From: Clostridia bacterium | Lineage (GTDB): Bacteria > Bacillota > Clostridia > Christensenellales > DTU072 | Assembly (NCBI GenBank): GCA_041670385.1 | Contig: JBAXZI010000001.1 | Location: forward strand, 2,092 to 66,091 | Reading direction: 5' to 3' | Length of the DNA stretch: 64,000 nt | Shown here: positions 37,337 through 44,642 of the stretch, piece by piece | Layout of the letters: every line of letters begins with the position of its first letter | How positions within the stretch are numbered: the first letter of the stretch is position 1 | The notes under the pieces: generated by a model | Told to the model about the DNA's origin: nothing | Seen by the model: only the letters and a program-made list of their open reading frames with translations | Database searches by the model: none | Translations under genes and position numbers: made by a program

Positions 37337-38896
37337 TTATTTTATTTCATTTTCTAGTGGCTTTTCGAAAGCCTCATATATTGTTTCTTTGCAAGATGGC
37401 TTTGTGAATAAACTAACTACAAAGGTAGATATCATTGAATAAATCATACAAACAACTCCAATAAATGGAGAACAAGTCATTCCTGCTTGTAATGCTTTAC
37501 CAAATCCGCCTTGCCAGCCACACTTGCCATAACCTAACACAACTATTAATATTGCTGTTATTACTAAACTTCCTATTATACTTGCCCAAACGCCTTTATT
37601 TGTAGTCTTTTTCCAACTAACGCCCAATACAAACGGTCCAATAAAGCAACCTGCAAGTACGCCCCAGCTTAAACTCATTAGATAAGCTATTGCTGTAAGA
37701 TGGAATTTTGCATTTATAAATGCAATAACGGTTGAGAACAAAACAAAAGCCATACTTAATATTCTTAGTAGTAATGTTATTTTTTTATCTTCCGCTTTCT
37801 TTTTAGAACAACCTTGATAAATATCTATAGCTACTACCGATGCACTAGATAGTGAAACCGATGCAAGCGTACTCATACTCGCTGCTAGTACTAATACCGC
37901 AATAAGACCTATAAGTCCGTTTGGAATTACTGCATTCAGCATATACGGTATTAAATTGTCTGTAGTTCCGCCAACTGCACTTAAATTACTATAAAATAAT
38001 GTTGCAAAAGCACCTACAAGATAAGCACCTACACCAATAATTAATGCAAAAACAGTACTTACTATTTGTCCTTGCTTGATTGCCTTCTTATCTCTAATTG
38101 CATAATATTTGTGAATAGTTTGTGGCAAAGCCCAAACCGCAAAAGATGTAAGTAAGACAAGTGATATTATTGTCATTGGTCTATCAAATAGCCAATATGT
38201 ATTTTCATTGGGCGAATTAAAGAAACCTAAATCATTATTGATTAGCGTTCTTACGCCCTCTCCCCAACTGACTTGTGGGGATTTGCAAAAGAATAGAACC
38301 ATCAATACAACACCGATTAACATAATTATACCTTGAATAAAATCAGTAAGTGATGTTGCTATGTATCCACCGAAGAATATATATAAAGCGGTTACACCAG
38401 CCAAAACTAGCATAATAACCCAACCTTCTATCCCAAAAACAATTCCAAATAAATTGCCTAATCCGTTATAAACAGAAGCCGAATAAGGTATTAAAAAAAT
38501 AAATATTATTATTGCACTTGTTATTTTTAGTTTTTTACTTTCGTACCTTTTGCCAAAAAAATCTGGCATAGTTTTGGCATCTAATCTCTGCGTAATGTTC
38601 CTTGTGCGTTTAGCAAGAATTCCCCAGGCAAGATATGCACCAATAAGGGCATTACCTATTCCTATCCAAATTCCGCCTAAGCCAAAAGCCCAACCAAATT
38701 TACCTGCATATCCTATAAATATTACTGCTGAAAAATAAGCAGTTCCATAAGAAAATGCACTCATCCAACCATTTATACCTTTTTTTCCTGCAAATAAAAA
38801 ATCTTTTACAGACTTAGCTTTATTTCTAGTAAATACCGCAACACCTATCATCATTGCTAAATATAACCCTAAAATTACATAATTTAACCACTCCAA
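37337..38896 (-). CDS. sodium:solute symporter (SSS) family transporter
   Basis: 519 aa, about 13 TM helices, with an SSS-like N-terminal region. TTG start 10 nt after GGAG. First gene of the IOR/PaaK operon. Confidence 0.75.
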   Translation of the reverse strand: MEWLNYVILGLYLAMMIGVAVFTRNKAKSVKDFLFAGKKGINGWMSAFSYGTAYFSAVIFIGYAGKFGWAFGLGGIWIGIGNALIGAYLAWGILAKRTRNITQRLDAKTMPDFFGKRYESKKLKITSAIIIFIFLIPYSASVYNGLGNLFGIVFGIEGWVIMLVLAGVTALYIFFGGYIATSLTDFIQGIIMLIGVVLMVLFFCKSPQVSWGEGVRTLINNDLGFFNSPNENTYWLFDRPMTIISLVLLTSFAVWALPQTIHKYYAIRDKKAIKQGQIVSTVFALIIGVGAYLVGAFATLFYSNLSAVGGTTDNLIPYMLNAVIPNGLIGLIAVLVLAASMSTLASVSLSSASVVAIDIYQGCSKKKAEDKKITLLLRILSMAFVLFSTVIAFINAKFHLTAIAYLMSLSWGVLAGCFIGPFVLGVSWKKTTNKGVWASIIGSLVITAILIVVLGYGKCGWQGGFGKALQAGMTCSPFIGVVCMIYSMISTFVVSLFTKPSCKETIYEAFEKPLENEIK

Positions 38897-38992
38897 AATA
38901 ATTACTCTCCTTTGTGTATCTAATAATTTTGTTGTTTAGTTCATTAAAAACATAATATTATTATGTTATATAATAATATATATATAAATAGC

Positions 38993-39022
38993 ATTATACA
39001 CTATAATAAGGCACCTTGTAAA
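38993..39022 (-). promoter_or_regulatory. candidate promoter of the SSS-PaaK-IOR operon
   Basis: On the minus strand: TTTACA (39022-39017), 18 nt, TATAAT (38998-38993). Confidence 0.4.
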
Positions 39023-39182
39023 GTAAATACAAGGTTGTAATAAGTTATACATAATTGCGTTCAAAATAAGCATTTTGTATATAATTAAAACTAATTTTTG
39101 TAATACGCTGTTTTCATTTGGAAAAATTTGTTTATAAAAATTTAAATTATATTTATGTAACTATTAAGCTAAAAAGGTGACA

Positions 39183-39209
39183 ATAAGGGGCAATTATATT
39201 GCCCCTTAT
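39183..39209 (-). terminator. candidate terminator hairpin after the small zinc-ribbon gene
   Basis: ATAAGGGGCAAT / ATTGCCCCTTAT, a 12-bp stem with a 3-nt loop. The T-run on the minus strand is not immediately adjacent. Confidence 0.4.
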
Positions 39210-39306
39210 CTTTGCTAATTATAGTTAGCTTTATTGCTAAATTATTATATTAACATTATTGCTAAACTTTTGTATTAGCATTGTCACCAATTAAGGTTTC
39301 TTTCTT

Positions 39307-39450
39307 CTACTGACGTGTAAATCCATTATTATGGCAATTTGGGCATGGAGGCATCTTGTCATCACCGTTTAATTCTACTTTTTGATTACAATTAGTACAG
39401 CTATAAGTGCCTTGTCCTGGTTTTTCTCCTGTTTTCACAACATTATTCAT
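39307..39450 (-). CDS. small zinc-ribbon protein (47 aa)
   Basis: MNNVVKTGEKPGQGTYSCTNCNQKVELNGDDKMPPCPNCHNNGFTRQ carries CxxC-14-CxxC. GGAGGA lies 8 nt upstream of ATG 39450. The track start 39492 lacks an SD. Confidence 0.6.
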   Translation of the reverse strand: MNNVVKTGEKPGQGTYSCTNCNQKVELNGDDKMPPCPNCHNNGFTRQ

Positions 39451-39596
39451 AGTTAATTTCCTCCTTAACTTAATAATTATAGTTTTAATCAAATTTGTGT
39501 TTTTTATTCATAATCTATATAAATTTATTGACTTGTACTTGTTTTGGGCTTATCCTTTTAATAATAGGTATTAATAGGGGGATATTTGCAAATTTT

Positions 39597-39884
39597 ATGA
39601 ATAAATTTATTAATTTAATTACTATTAAGTATAATATGTATGCTTATAGATTATTAAAATTGGCTATAAATTTAGAACTTAGCTATGATGTCATACTTGA
39701 TATAATATATCAATATACTTACTGCACTAAAGATTCTTTTGTAAGTAAAGATGATATAGAGATGACATTAAAAATTAAAGGCATATCTTTTGTTGATGTA
39801 ATGCTTTTATTGATTAGTTCGCAACTTACAACAGATGAAAATATGGAATTAGCAAACCAAATATACGAAGAATATATCAAATAA
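39597..39884 (+). CDS. hypothetical 95-aa protein
   Basis: ORF only. I prefer ATG 39597 because the upstream part of the track ORF overlaps a candidate promoter (TTGACT 39528-39533). No recognisable motif. Confidence 0.35.
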   Translation: MNKFINLITIKYNMYAYRLLKLAINLELSYDVILDIIYQYTYCTKDSFVSKDDIEMTLKIKGISFVDVMLLLISSQLTTDENMELANQIYEEYIK

Positions 39885-39924
39885 ACAATTATTACCAAAA
39901 TAATAAACAAAGGAGTTAGTTTTT

Positions 39925-40785
39925 ATGAATAATGCAATTATCATAGGGTCAGGCCCTGCTGGAATTTCTGCCTCTTTATATCTTGCAAGAGCAGGAATAG
40001 ACACAATTGTTATCGCAAAAGATATAGGCGCTCTTAAAAAAGCAGAAAAAATAGAAAACTATTATGGCTTTACCGAACCTATTTCAGGCAAACAACTTCA
40101 CGAAAATGGCATAAATCAAGCAAAAAGACTTGGTGTAAAATTTGTTGATGAAGAAGTTTTTAATATAGAATATGGCGAAGAATTTAAGGTTATTACCAAT
40201 AAATCGACTTTGTCCGCTAAAGGAATAATAATTGCTACTGGTAGTGCAAGAAATACTCCAAAAATTAAAAATATAAAAGAATTAGACGGTAATGGCGTAA
40301 GTTATTGTGCAATTTGTGATGCTTTCTTTTACCGCAATAAAAATGTAGCTGTCTTAGGCAATAGCGAATATGCCTTGCACGAAGCTAATGTTTTGCTTCC
40401 CTTGGTAAATTCCCTAACTTTACTAACAGATGGTAATGATTTTAGCCTTGAATTACCTGAAAAAATAAAACTAAACACCGAAAAAATAAAATCATTGCTA
40501 GGAACGGATAGAATAAGCGGTGTAGAGTTTGTTAATGACACAAAACTTTACATTGATGGTTTATTTATTGCTCTCGGTACAGCAGATAGCACAGCCTTAG
40601 CAAGAAAATTAGGTATTCTTACTGAAAATAATAAAATTGTTATTGATGAAAATTTTGCTACTAATATTCCTAATATTTATGCAGTAGGCGATTGTACTGG
40701 TGGACTTTTACAAGTTTCAAAAGCTGTTTGGGAAGGCGCAAAAGCAGGTACGGAATTATCCAAAAATTTAAGAAAATTACAATAA
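39925..40785 (+). CDS. thioredoxin-reductase-like flavoprotein lacking NADPH-binding motifs (FFTR-like)
   Basis: GSGPAG FAD motif, redox CAICDA, and C-terminal AVGDCTGG. The TrxR GGGxxA and HRRxxxR positions read VLGNSEYA and LTDGNDFS. Confidence 0.75.
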   Translation: MNNAIIIGSGPAGISASLYLARAGIDTIVIAKDIGALKKAEKIENYYGFTEPISGKQLHENGINQAKRLGVKFVDEEVFNIEYGEEFKVITNKSTLSAKGIIIATGSARNTPKIKNIKELDGNGVSYCAICDAFFYRNKNVAVLGNSEYALHEANVLLPLVNSLTLLTDGNDFSLELPEKIKLNTEKIKSLLGTDRISGVEFVNDTKLYIDGLFIALGTADSTALARKLGILTENNKIVIDENFATNIPNIYAVGDCTGGLLQVSKAVWEGAKAGTELSKNLRKLQ

Positions 40786-40810
40786 TTATATAAATAAAAT
40801 ATAACATTAT

Positions 40811-40849
40811 AAAACAAAAAAGCAAAGAAATTATTCTTTGCTTTTTTTT
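40811..40849. terminator. bidirectional terminator (TrxR-like gene / tRNA cluster)
   Basis: AGCAAAGAA (40821-40829), loop ATTA, TTCTTTGCT (40834-40842), flanked by an A-run on the left and a T-run on the right. Confidence 0.7.
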
Positions 40850-40924
40850 GGTGGGAACAATAGGGCTCGAACCTATGACATCTTGCTTGTAAGGCAAGCG
40901 CTCTCCCAACTGAGCTATGCTCCC
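40849..40924 (-). tRNA. tRNA-Val (UAC)
   Basis: Hand-folded 76-nt cloverleaf GGGAGCA..TGTTCCCACCA with anticodon loop CTTACAA. CCA is encoded. Confidence 0.9.
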
Positions 40925-40933
40925 GAACTTTTT

Positions 40934-41008
40934 TGGTGACCCCACCGAGGTTCGAACTCGGGTTACCGCCGTGAAAGGGCGATGTCTTAACCGCTTGACC
41001 ATGGGGCC
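40934..41008 (-). tRNA. tRNA-Glu (UUC)
   Basis: 75-nt cloverleaf GGCCCCA..TGGGGTCACCA with anticodon loop CTTTCAC. Confidence 0.9.
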
Positions 41009-41021
41009 TTGTATTTTTACT

Positions 41022-41098
41022 TGGTAGCGGCGGTTAGATTCGAACTAACGACCTGCCGGGTATGAACCGGCCGCTCTAACCAACTAAGCCACGCCGCC
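41022..41098 (-). tRNA. tRNA-Met (CAU), elongator type
   Basis: 77-nt cloverleaf GGCGGCG..CGCCGCTACCA with anticodon loop TTCATAC. It resembles the Bacillus elongator Met tRNA. Ile2 (lysidine) identity is not formally excluded. Confidence 0.8.
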
Positions 41099-41131
41099 AC
41101 ATTGTATAATAGTCACACAGCTTAAAAAAAG

Positions 41132-41209
<78 letters not shown>

Positions 41210-41229
41210 TCAATTTTTAATGCTAGTTT

Positions 41230-41258
41230 AGGATAATACATAAAAAGTAATTTGTCAA
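41230..41258 (-). promoter_or_regulatory. candidate promoter of the tRNA cluster
   Basis: On the minus strand: TTGACA (41258-41253), 17 nt, TATCCT (41235-41230). The predicted TSS is about 14 nt before tRNA-fMet. Confidence 0.35.
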
Positions 41259-41276
41259 CTATATTTTGGCATTTTT

Positions 41277-42191
41277 CTAAACTTTGTTTTTTACAGAATT
41301 TATTATTGCATTTGCAACCACTTCGCTTGCCCCAACTTCAAGCAACATAAAATTTAAAACTTTCTTTTTTCCTGTCGCCATTACGAACATTGTATCACCG
41401 TCATAATCAGTATGGACTGGGCTAATAGTCCTTGCAAGTCCATTATGCGCTATACTTGCTAATTTATTTGCCTCTACTTTTGTTAGCTTAGCATCGGTAA
41501 TTAAACAACCTATAGTCGTATTTGTGCCCATAACTAACCTTAAATATTCTCCATCTAAAATACATTTTTTTGTATTTAACCAATTACCTTTATTGTCTTT
41601 TGCTCCCGCAATTATTTTATTTGTATCGGGGTCTATAATATCGCCTAAAGCATTTACTACCATAACAGCAGTTAGGGTAATACCCTGAACTTTAATTGTT
41701 GCTATACCCAAACCTGATTTACTAGAATTTTTAATGCCCCGAACCTTTCCACAAGTTGCACCAGTACCCGCACCTATATTTCCTGACACTGTATTTTCAT
41801 TATTTGCGTTTTTGCACGCTTCCATTCCCATTTGTTTGTCTGGGTAATGATAGTTAGTATCGTTCAAATCATAAATTACAGCACCCGAAACAATAGGAAC
41901 AATTTTATTTTGGATTTTGAACCCTATTCCGTTTTCTTTAAGATATTCCATTACTCCCGCTATAGCACCTAAACCATATGCACTTCCTCCGCAAAGAGCA
42001 ATTGCATTTATTTTTTGCATAGCTTTTTCATTGTGCAAAAGGTCAGTCTCGTGAGTGCCTGGTCCGCCACCACGGACATCGACACCGCCTATACAGCCTT
42101 CTTCACTAATAATTACACTTATTCCCGTGTATTCATCTTGAAAATGACCTATCTTAATCCCTTTTGGTATTATCACTGTTTCCATTATCAC
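41277..42191 (-). CDS. P1/S58-family (DmpA-like) aminopeptidase
   Basis: GVDVRGGGPGTHETDLL and GTNTTIGCLITDAKL (self-processing nucleophile region) match the DmpA/BapA Ntn-hydrolase pattern. The start is GTG 42191 or ATG 42185. Confidence 0.8.
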   Translation of the reverse strand: MIMETVIIPKGIKIGHFQDEYTGISVIISEEGCIGGVDVRGGGPGTHETDLLHNEKAMQKINAIALCGGSAYGLGAIAGVMEYLKENGIGFKIQNKIVPIVSGAVIYDLNDTNYHYPDKQMGMEACKNANNENTVSGNIGAGTGATCGKVRGIKNSSKSGLGIATIKVQGITLTAVMVVNALGDIIDPDTNKIIAGAKDNKGNWLNTKKCILDGEYLRLVMGTNTTIGCLITDAKLTKVEANKLASIAHNGLARTISPVHTDYDGDTMFVMATGKKKVLNFMLLEVGASEVVANAIINSVKNKV

Positions 42192-43584
42192 TATTATCCC
42201 TTTTTATTTTTTTCTTTCTTGTCGCAATTATTATTATGCAAACTATAATTCCTATTACTATTATACTACCAATCACAATTGCTACAATGAAAATAAATAA
42301 ATTTGTGTTAAATTTATTATTAATATTTTCGTTATATATAGGATTTTCACTTTCACAAAGTTCGAAAGATATATTGTTTTCTGGCACGCCATCTACTACG
42401 CTAGTAAAAGTATTATCCCCGTTATTTTTGAATTCTAGACTAGAATTAATTACATAAGGATTGTTCTCATTTGTTATTATGTTTATTGTCATTGTGCCAA
42501 ATTCTGCCCAATTTTTTGCTGGTGATGATATATATTTATATTGATATACGGTAGGTATATAATGTGCATCATATCCACCTTCATAATCATAACTAACACT
42601 TAGCATATTGCTGCCTTCATTTAATAAATTTACTTCATAGACCATCACAAATATGTAATTTTTATTATTTATAGTGAGGACTAATTCACTTAAATCTATA
42701 CAGCCTACTTCTTGCACTTCTCTATGGTCTAAATAAACATTTCTGTATTCCTCTGCAATAAAATTATTGATATTTTCTTCAAAGTCAAAATCAAGATTCA
42801 TTATATCTTGCAAAGTTGCATCTTCTTCAGTTAACCAAACATTATCTATTTTATTATCATCCAAATCATATATATTAACATTTTTTATACTTTCACCTAC
42901 TACAAACATCATAAAATCATCAGTTGCACTCAAAATGATATGCCCTTTTTCTTCGGATTCTTTTTGACTTGTATCCTTATAGGAATAATGATAACAATTT
43001 TCATAATAAAGCACCGTTTTTCGGAAATCTATATCAAACTCAATTTTGAAATTTTCATTTATATCTCTATTTAAGCTACAAATTTCGCCTGCCATTTCAT
43101 CTAAAGTATTTTCTCTTTGCATTTGATTTAAGCCATCTAGTAATACTTCAAAAGTTATACCGTTAATCCCAGATAAATCAAAATCCTCTACAAATGTTTG
43201 ATAATCTAAATTTATATCGTTACTTTTGATTGTGGGTCTATTTTCTTTATATGAATCCAAATTAGTAACCATAGGAAAACCCATATTTACAGTTTTATCA
43301 TCACCACTATTTCTAAAATCGTAAATTGCTGACACTTTACCTTTGTTATAATTACTTTCATTATAAATTGAAAAATCAAAGTTAAGAACTTCACTCGCTA
43401 CTGTTATATCTTCATCTGAAAGTGGTATCATTTCACTTGATTCTTGATTTGCAGGAAGATATAGCAATGCACTATTTGCAAAAGCTGAACTATTATTTTT
43501 AGTTAAAATTATAAAACTTGAAAACAATAAAATTGCCACAATGCTAAAAATCAATAATTTTCTTGTAAATTTCTTTATATTCAT
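42154..43584 (-). CDS. hypothetical single-pass membrane protein with a large extracytoplasmic domain
   Basis: N-terminal signal/anchor (LLIFSIVAILLFSSFIIL), a ~400-aa Asn/Asp/Tyr-rich domain, a C-terminal TM (LFIFIVAIVIGSIIVIGIIVCIIII) and a basic tail. It overlaps the S58 gene by 32-38 nt. Confidence 0.6.
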   Translation of the reverse strand: MNIKKFTRKLLIFSIVAILLFSSFIILTKNNSSAFANSALLYLPANQESSEMIPLSDEDITVASEVLNFDFSIYNESNYNKGKVSAIYDFRNSGDDKTVNMGFPMVTNLDSYKENRPTIKSNDINLDYQTFVEDFDLSGINGITFEVLLDGLNQMQRENTLDEMAGEICSLNRDINENFKIEFDIDFRKTVLYYENCYHYSYKDTSQKESEEKGHIILSATDDFMMFVVGESIKNVNIYDLDDNKIDNVWLTEEDATLQDIMNLDFDFEENINNFIAEEYRNVYLDHREVQEVGCIDLSELVLTINNKNYIFVMVYEVNLLNEGSNMLSVSYDYEGGYDAHYIPTVYQYKYISSPAKNWAEFGTMTINIITNENNPYVINSSLEFKNNGDNTFTSVVDGVPENNISFELCESENPIYNENINNKFNTNLFIFIVAIVIGSIIVIGIIVCIIIIATRKKKIKRDNSDNGNSDNTKRD

Positions 43585-43644
43585 TATAGCCCCCTTACTT
43601 TTACATATAAATATACTATCATAAATTTATATATTTGACAATTG

Positions 43645-43674
43645 TTGGACATATATATTCATTTTATGTATAAT
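43645..43674 (+). promoter_or_regulatory. candidate promoter abutting the PP-loop gene start
   Basis: TTGGAC (43645-43650), 18 nt, TATAAT (43669-43674). ATG 43681 lies 6 nt after the -10 hexamer. Confidence 0.35.
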
Positions 43675-43680
43675 GAGTCT

Positions 43681-44517
43681 ATGGAAAATTTTAATAAATA
43701 TGAACGAAGTATTATAACCACCTACCGCAAAGAAATTTGGCGTCCGTTTGTTCAAGCCGTTAAGGAATATGAATTAATAAACGACGGGGATAAAATTGCT
43801 GTATGCGTTTCTGGTGGCAAAGATAGTATGATACTTGCTAAATGTATGCAAGAGCTTTACAAATATGGCAAGCGTAATTTTGAGCTAAAATTTATTTGTA
43901 TGAACCCCGGTTATAACCAAATTAATTATGACCAAATTGTAAATAATGCAGAGCTACTTGACATACCTATTGAAATTTTTGATAGCAACATTTTTGATGT
44001 TGTTGCTGATATAAAAGACAATCCTTGCTATCTTTGTGCAAGAATGCGTAGAGGTTGCCTTTATTCCAAAGCACAGAGTTTGGGGTGCAATAAGATAGCA
44101 CTTGGGCACCATTTTAACGATGTTGTGGAAACTGTACTTCTTGGAATTATGTATAACGGTCGTGTTCAGAGTATGATGCCAAAACTTCACAGCGACAATT
44201 TTGAGAATATGGAACTTATCCGCCCCCTATATAAAGTTAGAGAAAAATCAATTATTAATTGGTCAAATTATAACAAACTTAACTTTATAAAATGTGCTTG
44301 CAAATTCACTGCAAGTATGTCCCTAACAGGTGATGGAACTTTTGATGGTAAAAGACAGGAGATGAAAAAACTTGTAGAATATTTGTTGACGCTAAATAAT
44401 CAGGCTGATTATAATATTTTTAATAGTATTCATAATGTTAATTTGGACACCTTAATAGGCTGGAAAAAAGATAAATCCTCATTTTCTTTCTTGGAAAATT
44501 ATGACAAAAATAAATAA
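43681..44517 (+). CDS. TtcA-family PP-loop ATPase (tRNA 2-thiocytidine synthetase-like)
   Basis: PP-loop VCVSGGKDS, then CYLCARMRRG and ALGHHFND, collinear with TtcA. ATG 43681 is preferred, but in-frame upstream starts TTG 43642 and ATG 43666 exist. Confidence 0.75.
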   Translation: MENFNKYERSIITTYRKEIWRPFVQAVKEYELINDGDKIAVCVSGGKDSMILAKCMQELYKYGKRNFELKFICMNPGYNQINYDQIVNNAELLDIPIEIFDSNIFDVVADIKDNPCYLCARMRRGCLYSKAQSLGCNKIALGHHFNDVVETVLLGIMYNGRVQSMMPKLHSDNFENMELIRPLYKVREKSIINWSNYNKLNFIKCACKFTASMSLTGDGTFDGKRQEMKKLVEYLLTLNNQADYNIFNSIHNVNLDTLIGWKKDKSSFSFLENYDKNK

Positions 44518-44572
44518 TCCATAACCCCTTTTTATTAAGTATTTATTTAATAAAATTTCAAAAAAATTTATG

Positions 44573-44602
44573 TTTACATTGCATTTTGGTAATAAATATA
44601 GT
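44573..44602 (+). promoter_or_regulatory. candidate serS promoter
   Basis: TTTACA (44573-44578), 18 nt, TATAGT (44597-44602). AGAGGG SD lies before ATG 44643. Confidence 0.4.
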
Positions 44603-44642
44603 ATCATTATATTATTAAATAATAATTAAAGAGGGTATTAAT

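Noticed and set aside
39136-39163. Second dif-like site (AAAAATTTAAA-TTATAT-TTATGTAACTA)
   Set aside because: Only the TTATGTAA core matches. The left arm has about 4 of 11 matches to Firmicute dif, and such strings are expected by chance in DNA this AT-rich.
38897-39306. T-box or other amino-acid riboswitch in the 410-bp region upstream of the aryl-acid operon; also DnaA-box or origin-like features at the divergent strand switch
   Set aside because: There is no T-box motif or recognisable riboswitch core. I saw no cluster of TTATCCACA-like boxes, only scattered AT-rich near-matches expected by chance.
39495-39596. Track start 39495 of the 129-aa ORF (MCFLFIIYINLLTCTCFG..)
   Set aside because: It begins 3 nt from the divergent gene's track start and runs through a candidate promoter (TTGACT 39528-39533), with no SD. 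The shorter ATG 39597 form is more plausible, and even that is low confidence.
40670-41002. 110-aa minus-strand ORF from the track
   Set aside because: It is read through tRNA-Val, tRNA-Glu and the terminator, so it is an artefact of tRNA sequence being open in one frame.
44518-44642. Possible T-box riboswitch leader upstream of serS
   Set aside because: The intergenic region is only 125 bp. I could not find the conserved T-box sequence (..GGGTGGTACCGCG..) or a terminator/antiterminator pair. A plain promoter plus SD fits better.
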